A stretch of DNA of 64,000 bases from Rhodospirillales bacterium (GTDB lineage Bacteria > Pseudomonadota > Alphaproteobacteria > Rhodospirillales > UBA2165): contig JADHRD010000002.1 in assembly GCA_016777585.1 (NCBI GenBank), positions 669-64,668 on the forward strand. The letters are read 5' to 3'. Below are positions 49,319 through 61,129 of this stretch, piece after piece. The translations under genes were made by a program, and so were the position numbers. Under the pieces are notes generated by a model. That model saw only the letters and a program-made list of their open reading frames with translations. It had not been told where the DNA came from and did no database searches. Every line of letters starts with the position of its first letter. Position 1 is the first letter of the stretch.

Positions 49319-50646
49319 TATTTAATTCCGTATGCTAAGGCTAAAATCTGAATTGGGTGTTGAACAACTTTATTAAAATTTTCTGGATTATTCTCATTAA
49401 GCTTTTCGATTCCTTGTATTATGTGTTCACGCGCGAGAGGGCACTCAGAAACAATATATTTTGCCTTTGACTCTAGAGCCTTGCGCGCAGCTGGACGCCC
49501 TATCTTCAGGGCAACCTCAAAATTTTCCTTCATAATTCCCCAAGATCCCCCGTGACCAGAGCATCTCTCGACAACCTCAACCCGAGTTTCTGGTATTAAC
49601 CTCAACATCTCCGCAGCCTTTGGGCCCATATTCTGCGCCCTAGAGTGGCATGCTAATTGAAGACTAATTGACCCGTCAAGGGCCACCATCTCCTTTGATA
49701 ATTCGCCATTTTTCGCTAAATGAACTATATATTCAGCAGCATCAAATGTATTTTGGCTTAAGAGCTTAACGTTTTCATCATCTGGCAGAACCAATGGCCA
49801 CTCAAATTTCAGCATTAGAGCACATGAGGGAATTAAGGCGACAATTTCATAACCTTTTTTAATCCAATTGACCAATTCGGACGCTACATTCTTAGCTGAC
49901 TCTGCAACACCCTTTAAATCGCCCTGCTCCAATTGAGGCATACCACAACAAGCAGGATAAACGAGTTCAACCTCGACATTATTTTTGGCCAACACAGCCC
50001 TCATGGCATCACCAATGCTAGGATTATTATAATTGCCAAAACACGTTGCATACAGCGCAACTTTTCTTTTAGGTTCAGAAGCAGGTTTCAGCGGAGTCCG
50101 TTTTGTCAAAGGAGTGTTAGTAAATTTTGGTAATTCTGCATCCCTATGTATCTTTGCAACTTTTTCTATTGTTGTCCGAGTAATTTTGTTCTGACGCCTT
50201 GTACTCCAATTAACAAGGCTTGCAAACGGGCTGGCAAGACTGCCGTTTCTATCCGTTTTCGTGATTTGTTTTGCAGTGTAAGCGACTTTTCCCTGATCAA
50301 ACTCCATTGCCCTGTATCGTAGCATCAAGTGCGGGAAATCCAGATCAAATTCGTGAGGGGGGACGTACGGGCATTTTGTCATAAAACACATGTCGCAGAA
50401 TGTGCACGCGTCGACTATAGGTTTAAAATCTTTGCTTTCAACCGTATCCAGTTCTTCGCTGTCCGAGTCATCAATCAGATCAAATAATCTTGGGAAACTA
50501 TCACAGAGATTAAAACAACGTCGGCAACCGTGGCATACATCAAAAACTCGACGCAGTTCGTTGTCAATTTTCTTCGGATCTAAATAGTCTTTTTCTTTCC
50601 AGGGGATGTTGTGGCGTGTAGGCGCCTCTAAGCTACCTTCAGACAT
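49318..50646 (-). CDS. (Fe-S)-binding protein, heterodisulfide-reductase/GlpC-like with CCG domains
   Basis: Two ferredoxin-type Cys clusters (CHGCRRCFNLCDSFP, CTFCDMCFMTKCPYVPP), then C-terminal CCG-type motifs (PACCGMP, CSGHGG). Confidence 0.8.
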   Translation of the reverse strand: MSEGSLEAPTRHNIPWKEKDYLDPKKIDNELRRVFDVCHGCRRCFNLCDSFPRLFDLIDDSDSEELDTVESKDFKPIVDACTFCDMCFMTKCPYVPPHEFDLDFPHLMLRYRAMEFDQGKVAYTAKQITKTDRNGSLASPFASLVNWSTRRQNKITRTTIEKVAKIHRDAELPKFTNTPLTKRTPLKPASEPKRKVALYATCFGNYNNPSIGDAMRAVLAKNNVEVELVYPACCGMPQLEQGDLKGVAESAKNVASELVNWIKKGYEIVALIPSCALMLKFEWPLVLPDDENVKLLSQNTFDAAEYIVHLAKNGELSKEMVALDGSISLQLACHSRAQNMGPKAAEMLRLIPETRVEVVERCSGHGGSWGIMKENFEVALKIGRPAARKALESKAKYIVSECPLAREHIIQGIEKLNENNPENFNKVVQHPIQILALAYGIK

Positions 50647-50685
50647 TAAAGCTACACCTTGTATTTTTATAGATTAAAATGATAA

Positions 50686-50706
50686 GGGGAGACAAAAGGC
50701 CTCCCC
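50686..50706 (-). terminator. GC-rich hairpin downstream of rubrerythrin (possible terminator or attenuator)
   Basis: ggggag / acaaaaggc / ctcccc, 35 nt after the rubrerythrin stop. The minus-strand tail is only moderately U-rich. Confidence 0.35.
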
Positions 50707-50740
50707 CGGATATCAATTACATGCTTTTTAAATTTTATTT

Positions 50741-51160
50741 CTAATCTAACGAGTCTAATGCTTTTTGAAAACGTCCAGCATGGGATTTTTCAGCTTTTGC
50801 AAGAGTTTCAAACCAGTCTGCAATTTCGTCGAAGCCCTCTTCTCTAGCCGTCTTCGCCATACCTGGGTACATATCTGTATACTCGTGGGTTTCTCCCTCA
50901 ACTGCTGCTGCTAGATTATGCGCTGTTGGCCCTATGGGAAGACCCGTAGCTGGGTCGCCCGACTCTTCGAGATACTCCAAGTGTCCATGCGCGTGACCTG
51001 TCTCGCCTTCAGCAGTCGACCTAAAAACAGTAGATACATCATTATAACCCTCTACATCAGCTTTTTGTGCAAAATATAAATATCTACGATTAGCCTGTGA
51101 TTCACCAGCAAATGCGTCTTTCAAATTTTGTTCTGTATTTGATCCTTTAAGTGCAGGCAT
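50741..51160 (-). CDS. rubrerythrin family protein (diiron four-helix bundle, no rubredoxin domain)
   Basis: [49 protein letters not shown]. Confidence 0.9.
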   Translation of the reverse strand: MPALKGSNTEQNLKDAFAGESQANRRYLYFAQKADVEGYNDVSTVFRSTAEGETGHAHGHLEYLEESGDPATGLPIGPTAHNLAAAVEGETHEYTDMYPGMAKTAREEGFDEIADWFETLAKAEKSHAGRFQKALDSLD

Positions 51161-51312
51161 GGATTGTTCCTTTCCGTTAAAATAAACTGTTATTGGTATT
51201 ACGTAATCTAATTACGTTTGGATTTCTCAAACTAAGAGTAACTTAAGCTATTTTAATTTATTTAGTCAACAATTTTTTTAATGATTCTAAAAAAATATAT
51301 AAACTATTGTTA

Positions 51313-51735
51313 TTAAGTATTTTTATTCTTTACACGAACAATTACGTCTATTCTCTCCAACTTCTCGCAACTATTTATACTTGGCAGACCCTTCAATTGT
51401 ACATCTTCTAAATTAATATCTGTTAATTCATTATTATCTTCATTAAAGATATGGTGATGTTCTGTAATATTCGTATCAAAATAACTGCAACCTGAATTTA
51501 CAATTATTTCCTGCAACAAACCAGCGGATTTAAGAGTATTTAGGGCATTATAAACAGTAGCCAGAGATATCTTTTGTCCAGATAAAGAGGCCTCTGTATG
51601 AAGACCTTCTGCAGTAACATGGCGATTCTTCCCATCAAAGAGCAGCCTTGATAAAGCCAATCTCTGTCTAGTGGGCCTCAGGCCTGCTCCAGTTAAAGTT
51701 CTAATCACATTGCTGTATGGACGGATTTTTTCCAA
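51313..51735 (-). CDS. irr: Fur-family iron response regulator Irr
   Basis: LRPTRQRLALSRLLF winged helix and the HHH motif (ITEHHHIF). It neighbours fabI-fabB-fabA, as is common in alphaproteobacteria. Confidence 0.8.
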   Translation of the reverse strand: MEKIRPYSNVIRTLTGAGLRPTRQRLALSRLLFDGKNRHVTAEGLHTEASLSGQKISLATVYNALNTLKSAGLLQEIIVNSGCSYFDTNITEHHHIFNEDNNELTDINLEDVQLKGLPSINSCEKLERIDVIVRVKNKNT

Positions 51736-51822
51736 ACCATAACTCCTTAAATAATTAGCATAACAAAGACAAAGCGTTTTTCAATTAGAGCATTTCCTAA
51801 ATAACATATTAGTTCAAATATT

Positions 51823-52614
51823 TTAAAGATACGGCATACCAATTATATTGTAACCAGAATCTACGTGGTGTATTTCGCCGGTAACACCGCTACTTGACTC
51901 ACCAAGCAAATATAAAGCCGTATTACCAATTTGGTCAAGAGTTACAGATTTTCTGAGTGGCGAATTTGCTTCACTTATATTGTAAATTTTACGAGCACTT
52001 CCAATCGCACTTCCAGCAAGAGTTCTCATCGGACCAGCTGATAAACCATTTACCCGTATATTATCTGGGCCAAGATCTGTAGCCAAGTATCTAACACTCG
52101 ATTCAAGGGCTGCTTTAGCCACGCCCATGACATTGTAATTCGGCAAGACCCGTTCCGCACCATAATACGTAAGTGTAATCATGCTTCCACCACTATCAAC
52201 CATCAATGGGTGAGCAGCTTTCGCAACTGTAGTAAATGAAAAACACGAAATATCCATCGTTCTAGAAAAATTTTTGGCAGTTGTGTCGACATATCGCCCA
52301 GATAACTCGTCTTTATCCGAGTAAGCCAAGGAATGAACCAAAAAATCTATTGAACCCCAATGTTGCTTTAAGCTTGAAAAGACAGCGTTAATGCTACCTT
52401 TTTCTTCAACATCACATGGCAACACAATAGTAGAATTTACTTCCTCTGCCAGTGGTCTCAATCGTTTTGCAAAAGCTTCACCTTGAAATGTGAAGGCCAG
52501 TTCTGCACCAGACTGCGCCAAAACCCTCGCAATGCCCCAAGCAATGGATCGCTCGTTTGCGACACCCATAATAAGACCACGCTTACCACTCATTAATTGA
52601 TTAGATTGCAACAT
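51823..52614 (-). CDS. fabI: enoyl-ACP reductase (NADH)
   Basis: GKRGLIMGVANERSIAWGIA, the YNVMGVAKAALE catalytic Tyr/Lys region, AGPMRTLA. Confidence 0.93.
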   Translation of the reverse strand: MLQSNQLMSGKRGLIMGVANERSIAWGIARVLAQSGAELAFTFQGEAFAKRLRPLAEEVNSTIVLPCDVEEKGSINAVFSSLKQHWGSIDFLVHSLAYSDKDELSGRYVDTTAKNFSRTMDISCFSFTTVAKAAHPLMVDSGGSMITLTYYGAERVLPNYNVMGVAKAALESSVRYLATDLGPDNIRVNGLSAGPMRTLAGSAIGSARKIYNISEANSPLRKSVTLDQIGNTALYLLGESSSGVTGEIHHVDSGYNIIGMPYL

Positions 52615-52620
52615 TATAAG

Positions 52621-53847
52621 TTATTCTAACGCTGGTTTGGCAAAAACCAAACAAGCATTTGTACCCCCAAACCCAAAACTATTTGACATAGCACAATTAA
52701 TTTCAACGTTATCCATTAAATCACGAACAATGGGCATCTCACCAACCTCAGGCTCTAATTCTTCAATATTAGCGGATGCACAAATAAAGTTATTTTCCAT
52801 CATGAGCAATGAATAGATTGCCTCCTGAACTCCAGTAGCTCCGAGGGAATGGCCCGTAAGAGACTTGGTTGAATTAAAATGAGGAATATTCTTGTAGTCC
52901 TTAAAGGTTTCTCTCAAAGCTCCCAACTCTTTAACATCTCCCACAGGCGTGGACGTGCCGTGAGTATTTATGTAATCAACTGGACATTTTAGATTTGCCA
53001 TCGCCTGTTGCATGCAGCGTATTGCACCCTCGCCAGAAGGTTGAACCATATCATAGCCGTCAGAGGTCGCGCCATAACCAACCACCTCTGCATAAATCTT
53101 TGCACCGCGAGCTATAGCATGATTATATTCTTCAACAACCACGACACCTCCGCCGGCACCGATTACGAATCCATCTCGCTTTGCATCAAAAGCACGAGAA
53201 GCAACAGTGGGATTATCATTATACCCTGAAGAAAGTGCTGGCATGGCATCAAACATTACAGACATACCCCAACCCAACTCTTCGCCACCACCTGCAAATA
53301 CAATATCTTGCTTATCCCACTGTATCATCTCCGCAGCATTACCAATACAATGGGCCGATGTTGAACACGCCGAAGTAATTGAATAATTAACCCCTTTAAT
53401 TTTAAAGGGCGTAGCTAACGTCGCCGAATTTGTAGAGGACATCGTTCTAGGCACCATAAAAGGACTTACTTTCCTCGGACCCCTGTTACGGGCAGTATCA
53501 GATGTTTCAATAAGATTAATTACCGATGGACCACCGGACCCCATAATTAATCCCGTACGTTCATTTGAAACAGAAGTCTCATTAAGTCCGGAATCCTCTA
53601 TCGCCTGTTGCATCGCAATATAGTTATAGGCCGCCCCCTCTCCCATGAAGCGCCGGTCTCTACGATCAATATAATTAGCAATTTCAATCTCTGGCTTACC
53701 CCAAACCTGACTTCTAAAACCCATCTCCGCAAATTCATCAGAAAAGGTTATTCCAGACGAACCAGTGCGAAGAGATTTAACCACATCATGTTTATTATTA
53801 CCTATGCATGACACAATACCTAATCCAGTAATTACAGCTTTTCTCAC
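52621..53847 (-). CDS. fabB: 3-oxoacyl-ACP synthase I
   Basis: [23 protein letters not shown] (active Cys), [17 protein letters not shown]. It sits next to fabA. Confidence 0.9.
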   Translation of the reverse strand: MRKAVITGLGIVSCIGNNKHDVVKSLRTGSSGITFSDEFAEMGFRSQVWGKPEIEIANYIDRRDRRFMGEGAAYNYIAMQQAIEDSGLNETSVSNERTGLIMGSGGPSVINLIETSDTARNRGPRKVSPFMVPRTMSSTNSATLATPFKIKGVNYSITSACSTSAHCIGNAAEMIQWDKQDIVFAGGGEELGWGMSVMFDAMPALSSGYNDNPTVASRAFDAKRDGFVIGAGGGVVVVEEYNHAIARGAKIYAEVVGYGATSDGYDMVQPSGEGAIRCMQQAMANLKCPVDYINTHGTSTPVGDVKELGALRETFKDYKNIPHFNSTKSLTGHSLGATGVQEAIYSLLMMENNFICASANIEELEPEVGEMPIVRDLMDNVEINCAMSNSFGFGGTNACLVFAKPALE

Positions 53848-53879
53848 ATTACCCTCATTACATATTTACATTAATCTTA

Positions 53880-54422
53880 CTATACATCTGCTGGAATGGT
53901 GCCAACGCGCAAACCCTTGGTTTCATAACAAAGTTTGCCATCTACTTCCATAACACCATCTGCAAAAGCAATCGCAACCTGTCTATTAACTATTCGTTTA
54001 ATATCCACCCGATATGTTACGAGTTTGGCCGCCGGAGTAACCATGCCTGTGAATTTAACATCACCTACACCAAACGCCCTGCCACGACCCTTTGCACCGC
54101 TCCAACCCAGATAAAAACCTGCCAGTTGCCATAAAGCATCAAGGCCAAGACAGCCTGGCATTACGGGGTCCCCTTCAAAGTGACAAGAAAAGAACCATAA
54201 CTCTGGTTTAATATCGAATTCCGCCAAAACTTGGCCTTTATTGTAGGAACCACCTTTCTCAGAGATTGATGTAATACGATCAAACATTAGCATGGGCGGC
54301 TTAGGCAACTGGGCGTTACCAGAACCAAAAAGTTGCCCCCCCGCACACGCAATTATTTCTTCATAAGAATAGCTGTCCTTTGGCTTAAACATTTGATCTG
54401 TAGTCATATTTATCATTACCAA
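53880..54422 (-). CDS. fabA: 3-hydroxydecanoyl-ACP dehydratase / trans-2-decenoyl-ACP isomerase
   Basis: [32 protein letters not shown] and VKFTGMVTP. The true start is probably an internal Met (M6 or M11 of the track ORF). Confidence 0.93.
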   Translation of the reverse strand: MVMINMTTDQMFKPKDSYSYEEIIACAGGQLFGSGNAQLPKPPMLMFDRITSISEKGGSYNKGQVLAEFDIKPELWFFSCHFEGDPVMPGCLGLDALWQLAGFYLGWSGAKGRGRAFGVGDVKFTGMVTPAAKLVTYRVDIKRIVNRQVAIAFADGVMEVDGKLCYETKGLRVGTIPADV

Positions 54423-54555
54423 GTGTGTATATTCAGTTGTACGAATTTTACCCTTAACTAGATATATATGTATTAAAAAGTCAAAAAACGAACAATTAAC
54501 AAAAATAATTTTACAAAATACAACTACTATTGATATTTGGCATATTTCATAGTCA

Positions 54556-56664
54556 TTAACTACTAATATCTTCGCCCGTCTCTTGGTCTACGCTTTTCAT
54601 AGAAAGTTTTACTTTTCCTCTGTCATCTATTCCAACCAACTTAACTTTGACCTTATCACCAACATTAATAATATCAGTTGTTTTTTCTACTCTTTCCGGA
54701 CGCAATTCACTTATGTGGACCAAGCCATCGCGAGCACCCATAAAGTTTACAAAAGCTCCAAAGTCAACTGTCTTTACTACAGTACCCGAATAAATAACCC
54801 CTACTTCAGGCTCTGCTGCAATATCATTAATCATCGCTACAGCGGCATCTGATGCCTTTTCATCTACAGCAGCAACCTTAACAGTTCCATCATCATCAAT
54901 ATCAATCTTTGCACCGGTGGTTTCACAAATCTCTCTGATCATTTTTCCTCCAGGCCCAATAATTTCACGAATTTTATCAACAGGAACTTTGATCACCGTG
55001 ATACGCGGTGCATTATCACTAACGCCATCACGAGCAGAAGTTAAGGCTTTCGACATTTCTTCTAATATGTGCAGCCTACCCTCACGCGCTTGATCAACTG
55101 CATCTCTCATTATTTCTTCAGTGATCGAGGTAATTTTAATATCCATCTGAAGTGCCGTTATGCCAATCTCCGTCCCCGCAACCTTGAAATCCATATCTCC
55201 CAAATGATCTTCATCACCCAGAATATCTGACAAAATAACAACCCCCTCCTCTTCTTTGATCAAACCCATCGCGATACCTGCTACGGGTCTAATTAATGGT
55301 ACACCGGCATCCATCATAGATAAGGAAGTCCCACAAACGGTCGCCATTGACGATGATCCATTGGACTCAGTAATTTCTGACACTATCCTAATCGTATATG
55401 GGAAGGATTCTTTTTCTGGCATGACTGGGCGAATTGCTCGCCAAGCTAGTTTTCCATGGCCAATTTCTCGGCGACCCGGGCCAGCCATGCGACCAGCTTC
55501 TCCGACAGAGTAAGGCGGGAAGTTGTAATGTAACATAAAATGCTCACGATAATCACCATCTAACCCATCAATGATTTGCTCATCCTGTCCAGTACCGAGA
55601 GTAGCAACAACCATTGCCTGTGTCTCTCCACGGGTAAATAGTGAGCTACCGTGTGCCCGCGGAAGGATGCCAACCTCGGATACAATTGGCCGCACCGTTT
55701 TGGTATCACGGCCATCAATTCTCTGACCTGTCTTGATAAGACCTTTTCTTACAATATCCTTCTCTATCTCCTTAAAAACACTGCCAACAATCATATCTGT
55801 AGCATCTTCATTCTCAATAAAATTTTCCATGACTGTTGCTTTAATACTAGATATTTTATCCTGCCGCGCCGACTTTTCTGAAATAGAATAAGCCTCTCGC
55901 AACCCATCTTCCGATAATTCTTGTACCGCTGATTTTATTTGGCTAACAATCTTGGGTGTTTCTGGAACATCCCTGGGGTCCTTAGCACAAGCTTGCGCTA
56001 AATCAACTATCGAATTAATAATCTCTTGATTAGCTTTGTGCCCGAACATCACGGCCCCAAGCATTATTTCTTCCGAAAGTTCATTTGCTTCGGACTCTAC
56101 CATGAGAACGCCCTCGTTAGTACCCGCAACAACCAAATTAAGCTGGGAATCCTGCATAGTTTCTAAAACAGGGTTTAAAATGTATTCTCCATCTATGTAT
56201 CCCACTCGTGAAGCACCTATCGGACCCATAAAAGGTATACCAGAAATTGTTAAAGCGGCTGAAGTTCCTATCATCGCAACAATGTCTGGATCGTTCTCTA
56301 GATCGTGTGCTAGAACCGTACATATTAGTTGCGTCTCACATTTATAGTTTGGATGGAACAAAGGTCGCACTGGCCTATCAATAAGACGAGACGTAAGCGT
56401 TTCCTTTTCAGTTGGACGCGCTTCGCGTTTAAAAAACCCACCCGGTATTTTGCCAGCAGCAAATGTTTTTTCTTGATAATTAACCGTTAGAGGGAAAAAG
56501 TCTAAATCAGTCCTAGGTTTCTTTGCACCGACAGCTGTGCATAAGACCTTTGTCTCGCCATAAGTAATCATAACTGCGCCATCAGCCTGTCTTGCAATTT
56601 TACCTGTTTCAAACGTAAGTTTGCGACCACCTAAATCCATCTCTTTTTTGAATTCAGAAAACAT
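54556..56664 (-). CDS. pnp: polyribonucleotide nucleotidyltransferase (PNPase)
   Basis: Two RNase PH domains, then KH and S1 ([18 protein letters not shown]). Confidence 0.97.
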   Translation of the reverse strand: MFSEFKKEMDLGGRKLTFETGKIARQADGAVMITYGETKVLCTAVGAKKPRTDLDFFPLTVNYQEKTFAAGKIPGGFFKREARPTEKETLTSRLIDRPVRPLFHPNYKCETQLICTVLAHDLENDPDIVAMIGTSAALTISGIPFMGPIGASRVGYIDGEYILNPVLETMQDSQLNLVVAGTNEGVLMVESEANELSEEIMLGAVMFGHKANQEIINSIVDLAQACAKDPRDVPETPKIVSQIKSAVQELSEDGLREAYSISEKSARQDKISSIKATVMENFIENEDATDMIVGSVFKEIEKDIVRKGLIKTGQRIDGRDTKTVRPIVSEVGILPRAHGSSLFTRGETQAMVVATLGTGQDEQIIDGLDGDYREHFMLHYNFPPYSVGEAGRMAGPGRREIGHGKLAWRAIRPVMPEKESFPYTIRIVSEITESNGSSSMATVCGTSLSMMDAGVPLIRPVAGIAMGLIKEEEGVVILSDILGDEDHLGDMDFKVAGTEIGITALQMDIKITSITEEIMRDAVDQAREGRLHILEEMSKALTSARDGVSDNAPRITVIKVPVDKIREIIGPGGKMIREICETTGAKIDIDDDGTVKVAAVDEKASDAAVAMINDIAAEPEVGVIYSGTVVKTVDFGAFVNFMGARDGLVHISELRPERVEKTTDIINVGDKVKVKLVGIDDRGKVKLSMKSVDQETGEDISS

Positions 56665-56787
56665 TATACTATCCTTCCTACCAACAATTATATTTGCGCC
56701 TTTGACACGGCACTGTTAATTCTTATCGTTATATTTAGCTCACTTAATTTATACTCTATACTCATTCAACCTTAATGTGTAGCTTCA

Positions 56788-56870
56788 CCGGAGCTAACTC
56801 TTTTGCTCATCAAATTTAACTGGGAAGCCTAATTTGAGACTTTAAGCGAGTGAGTTGTAAAAAACTCCGG
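56788..56870 (-). promoter_or_regulatory. long irregular stem-loop in the rpsO-pnp intergenic leader
   Basis: On the minus strand, nested pairings CCGGAG/CTCCGG, AACTC/GAGTT, GCTTA/TGAGC and TCAAATT/AATTTGA enclose a 14-nt loop. Confidence 0.45.
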
Positions 56871-56884
56871 GACCAAACAATAAG

Positions 56885-57154
56885 TTATCTACGTAAACCC
56901 AATCTTTTTATCAACTCATCGTAGCGGTCAGATTTCTTTGATTTTAAATAATCTAAAAGACGGCGTCGCTGTCCAACCATCATTAAAAGTCCACGCCGGG
57001 AGTGATGATCTTTTTTATGAGTTTTTAGGTGGTCAGTCAGATTAGTAATCCTTTCCGTAAGGATTGCTATTTGGACCTCTGGGGAACCAGTATCCCCATC
57101 TTTAGTAGCATATTCATTAATTACATCCTGTTTGCGTTCCGTAGTGATCGACAT
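56885..57154 (-). CDS. rpsO: 30S ribosomal protein S15
   Basis: [15 protein letters not shown] ... [15 protein letters not shown] 57154 has SD GGAGAA upstream; the track TTG at 57166 is unlikely. Confidence 0.95.
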   Translation of the reverse strand: MSITTERKQDVINEYATKDGDTGSPEVQIAILTERITNLTDHLKTHKKDHHSRRGLLMMVGQRRRLLDYLKSKKSDRYDELIKRLGLRR

Positions 57155-57171
57155 CGGTTTCTCCAATCATT

Positions 57172-58098
57172 TTAAAGGTTTAACACACGATATGGCGTAA
57201 CTCTTCCTGATTCTATCTTCGCTAATGAAATAATTTTACCCTGACATATTGTATAAAAAGGTGTTGCCACCCCAATTTTCAAAGCTTGTTTACTTTTAGC
57301 TAGTTGGATCAATGGAATAGCTATACCATTCTTAACTATTTTTGCTTCCTCTTCAGTCAATACAAGGGCCGGGATGTCGTCCAGCACTGTTTCAACCGGC
57401 AGCAGTTTACTTGCTACGGCCTCCTTATGCCCTAAAATTTTCAATTGATCCAGCGAAATTGCATCTTTTTCTAAAAAATTACCAACTTGTGTTCTTCTTA
57501 AATTTGAAACACACCCGACCGTTCCTAACGCTCGAGCTAAATCGCGCGCAAGCGACCTTACATACACTCCTTTACCGCAACACAGTTGGAAGCAAGCTTC
57601 TTCCGTACTCAAAATATTCATCAATGTTAGGTCTTCTATGAAAACAGGCCGAGGTTTTAAAATAACATCGTTCCCAGCACGCGCCAATTTATAGGCTCTT
57701 TGACCACTTATTTTAACAGCTGAGTAGGCCGGAGGCACCTGATTTACCTCTCCGATAAATCGTTTAAGAATGTTCTGAATAGCAGACACACCTGGTCTCT
57801 TGTCACTCGTGCCTATAATATTCCCTTCTAGGTCATCAGTATCTCTGGCTTCACCCCATCTAATAGTAAATTTATATTTTTTTGTTTTGTTTACGGCATA
57901 AGAGAGCGTTTTTGTTGCCTCTCCAAAAGCCAATGGCAGCACTCCCGAAGCCATCGGATCAAGTGTACCTCCGTGGCCCACTTTAGCGGCATTTAAATAA
58001 TTTTTTGCATAATACACGGCCTTAGCAGAACTCATATTTAAGGGTTTATCAATAACTAGCCATCCATGAACCGGATCACCTTTTCTTTTCCTAGCCAT
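57172..58098 (-). CDS. truB: tRNA pseudouridine(55) synthase
   Basis: HGWLVIDKPLNMSS, GHGGTLDPMASGVLPL, QVPPAYSAVK. Confidence 0.95.
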   Translation of the reverse strand: MARKRKGDPVHGWLVIDKPLNMSSAKAVYYAKNYLNAAKVGHGGTLDPMASGVLPLAFGEATKTLSYAVNKTKKYKFTIRWGEARDTDDLEGNIIGTSDKRPGVSAIQNILKRFIGEVNQVPPAYSAVKISGQRAYKLARAGNDVILKPRPVFIEDLTLMNILSTEEACFQLCCGKGVYVRSLARDLARALGTVGCVSNLRRTQVGNFLEKDAISLDQLKILGHKEAVASKLLPVETVLDDIPALVLTEEEAKIVKNGIAIPLIQLAKSKQALKIGVATPFYTICQGKIISLAKIESGRVTPYRVLNL

Positions 58099-58142
58099 AT
58101 ACTGTTCTATCCCTCTTTAAATGGTTCTAGTATCGTCAAAAA

Positions 58143-58535
58143 TTATATATCCCCCTCTTTATCTATTGATTCCAATAAGTTATCAATATGCATTGCATAA
58201 TCAAACGATGTGTCATGTTCAAATTTCAAATTAGGAACTCTTCGTAAGTGCGCACGTTTTGCTAACTGATGCCGGATAAATGGCGCCGCGCTCTGAGCAG
58301 CCTCAATTAACACTTTTTGTTCCCCACCACCTAAACGCGTTATAAATATTGAAGCGTTGCTCAAATCTGGCGAGACCCGGACCTCTGAAACAGTAATAGT
58401 TACATTTACCAGGTCTGGATGATTCAATTCTCCACGATCAAAAATTTGTGCTAACAAATGCCTCAACTCTTCGCCAACCCGAAGTTGCCGCTGACTGGGA
58501 ACATGCTTAGACATGCGTTTAGACTTTTTTCCCAT
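58143..58535 (-). CDS. rbfA: ribosome-binding factor A
   Basis: RQLRVGEELRHLLAQIF, VTITVSEVRVSPDLSNASIF, PNLKFEHD. Confidence 0.92.
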   Translation of the reverse strand: MGKKSKRMSKHVPSQRQLRVGEELRHLLAQIFDRGELNHPDLVNVTITVSEVRVSPDLSNASIFITRLGGGEQKVLIEAAQSAAPFIRHQLAKRAHLRRVPNLKFEHDTSFDYAMHIDNLLESIDKEGDI

Positions 58536-58556
58536 GCATCACCCGCTCTAAATAAT

Positions 58557-61073
58557 TTATATTTCTGGGGTCTCTTCCTTCACGTCAAAACACTCTATCA
58601 CATCGCCAATCTTCAAATCTGTATAATTTTCGAAAGACATGCCACACTCCATTGATTCCCTAACCTCACCAACGTCATCTTTAAACCGTTTTAGCGTGGA
58701 CAAATTACCTTCATGTATTACAACATCATCACGTAGCAATCGAACACCAGCTCCGCGCTTGACATCACCATTAGTTACAAAACAGCCTGCTACTTTTCCA
58801 ATTTTTGATACATTAAATACTTCTCTCACTTCAGCATTCCCTAAATGCGTTTCACGAACTATGGGCGCCATTAGACCAACCAGCAATTTCTTTATGTCAT
58901 CAACAACATCATAGATTATTGAATAATATCTGATATCGACGCCCTCTTTTCTAGCTGTATCACGAGCTTGATGATTAGCTCTTACATTAAACCCAAAAAT
59001 TACAGCGTTTGAAGCTTCCGCTAGCGATACGTCTGATTCGTTAATTCCACCAATACCCTGGTGTAAAACCTGAATCTTGACTTCTTCTTGAGGGAGTTTC
59101 GAGAACATGCCAACGATTGCTTCAGCAGAACCTTGAACGTCCGCTTTAATTACAATGGGTAAATCCTTCACATCTCCGGCTTTTATCGACTCAAACATTT
59201 CTTCTAAAGTGCCACGTTGACCTGCAGTTGACTTAGCAGACCGGTTCTTTTCTCCCCTGAACGCAGCAACTTCCCGAGCACGCGCTTCACTCTCGACCAC
59301 AAAGAACTCTTCACCCGCATTGGGAGCACCCGAGAAACCAACAACTTCCACAGGGATAGCTGGGCCAGCCTCTGTAATATTTTCACCTTTATCATTTACA
59401 AGCGCTCTTACCCTACCAGATTCCGAACCTGCAACAAAAATATTTCCCCTGCTTAAAGTACCTTTTTGAACCAACACGGTTGCAACAACACCCCTGCCCT
59501 GCTCCACTCGAGATTCTATAACCACACCTTCCGCTGGTCGGTTTGGGTTTGCCTTAAGATCTAGTATTTCAGATTGAAGTAATATAGTTTCTTCCAGTTT
59601 TTCAATATTAGTTCCTGCAGTAGCAGAAACCTCAACGTCAAGAATTTCGCCGCCCATGGCCTCTAAAACCAAATCATGCTCCAATAATTGGGTCCTGACT
59701 TTATTTGGGTTAGCGCCTGGTTTGTCAATTTTATTAATTGCTACAATAATAGGAACATCAGCAGATTTTGCATGATTAATTGCCTCGACTGTCTGTGGCA
59801 TAATACCGTCGTCTGCAGCAACCACTAACACAACAATATCTGTGACCTTGGCACCTCTAGCTCTCATAGCTGTAAACGCTTCATGTCCAGGTGTGTCAAT
59901 AAATGTTATTTTCTCGCCATTATCGGCCTCACTTTGATAAGCGCCAATATGCTGCGTAATGCCACCAGCCTCGCCATCAACCACACTAGCCTTTCTCATT
60001 GCATCAAGCAAAGAAGTTTTACCGTGATCCACATGGCCCATAACTGTTACGACGGGGGAACGAGGAACCATATCTTCGTCTTTATCTAGGTTATCGCCCA
60101 AGCCAATTTCAATATCAGAATCACTTACTCTTTTCGCTGTATGGCCAAACTCCTCAACAAGTAATTCTGCTGTATCAGCATCAATCACGTCAGCCATTTT
60201 CACCATAACACCCATTTTCATTAGAGCTTTTACAACCTCAACACCCCTTGCAGCCATTCGGTTAGAGAGCTCTTGAACAGAAATCGTTTCTGGAATAACA
60301 ACCTCTCTGACAATCTTGATGTGCTCAATGGGCCCCTCTTGTCGTTTCTGCCGCTCACGTTGGCGCTTTAAAGAAGCTAGTGAGCGCTGACGTTCAGAGT
60401 CATCTAAGGCCTCAGCAATAGTCAGTTTTCCTTGTCTACGCCTCTCCCCTTGCCTTGGCATTGAAAGTTGTTTTTTTGGAGACACGCCTTTCTTCTTTGG
60501 GCTTTCATCATCGTCTTTCAAAATCAGTTTATCTAAATTGGACTTTGCAGCCGAAGCCTCAGCAGCCTCTAAATCTAGTGCAGATTGTCTAATTTTTTCC
60601 GCTTCAATCTCTGCCTCATCTAATTTAACCTGATCTTCATCGATTTTTCCAGATTCTATGTTTTTAACTGGTTCGGGTTCTGGCTCATCTTTTCTTGCCT
60701 GTTCAGTCTCTTGGGCAACTTGAAGCGCAAGGGCTCTCGCTGTTCGCTCTTTATCAGTGAGATTTTGCTGAGATGCAGGCTTTGCTATTTGGTTTTCTTG
60801 AAGCATAACCGCCTCAACTGGCTTAATATCTGTTTCAAGCTCGCTTTCTACATGGCTAGCGACAATCTCTTTCATTCGGCCCGATGAACTCGCCTCAAAT
60901 GTTCTTTTCTTCTTTACTTCAACTGCAACCACCTTTGAACGGCCATGTGAAAAACTTTGTCTTACTTGACCACCTACAATAGTTTTTTGAAGTTCAAGTT
61001 TACCTGGCCGAGATAAAGTCAGCTTTTTCTTCGGTTTCTTGTCTTTGGCATCAGTATTATCGTTCATATCCAA
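58557..61073 (-). CDS. infB: translation initiation factor IF-2
   Basis: Charged low-complexity N-half. G domain ([21 protein letters not shown]). C-terminal IF2 domains. Confidence 0.97.
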   Translation of the reverse strand: MDMNDNTDAKDKKPKKKLTLSRPGKLELQKTIVGGQVRQSFSHGRSKVVAVEVKKKRTFEASSSGRMKEIVASHVESELETDIKPVEAVMLQENQIAKPASQQNLTDKERTARALALQVAQETEQARKDEPEPEPVKNIESGKIDEDQVKLDEAEIEAEKIRQSALDLEAAEASAAKSNLDKLILKDDDESPKKKGVSPKKQLSMPRQGERRRQGKLTIAEALDDSERQRSLASLKRQRERQKRQEGPIEHIKIVREVVIPETISVQELSNRMAARGVEVVKALMKMGVMVKMADVIDADTAELLVEEFGHTAKRVSDSDIEIGLGDNLDKDEDMVPRSPVVTVMGHVDHGKTSLLDAMRKASVVDGEAGGITQHIGAYQSEADNGEKITFIDTPGHEAFTAMRARGAKVTDIVVLVVAADDGIMPQTVEAINHAKSADVPIIVAINKIDKPGANPNKVRTQLLEHDLVLEAMGGEILDVEVSATAGTNIEKLEETILLQSEILDLKANPNRPAEGVVIESRVEQGRGVVATVLVQKGTLSRGNIFVAGSESGRVRALVNDKGENITEAGPAIPVEVVGFSGAPNAGEEFFVVESEARAREVAAFRGEKNRSAKSTAGQRGTLEEMFESIKAGDVKDLPIVIKADVQGSAEAIVGMFSKLPQEEVKIQVLHQGIGGINESDVSLAEASNAVIFGFNVRANHQARDTARKEGVDIRYYSIIYDVVDDIKKLLVGLMAPIVRETHLGNAEVREVFNVSKIGKVAGCFVTNGDVKRGAGVRLLRDDVVIHEGNLSTLKRFKDDVGEVRESMECGMSFENYTDLKIGDVIECFDVKEETPEI

Positions 61074-61129
61074 CCAACTACTCGTTTAAATGTCATTAAA
61101 AATATTTAGTACATATATTCGTTTAAAGT

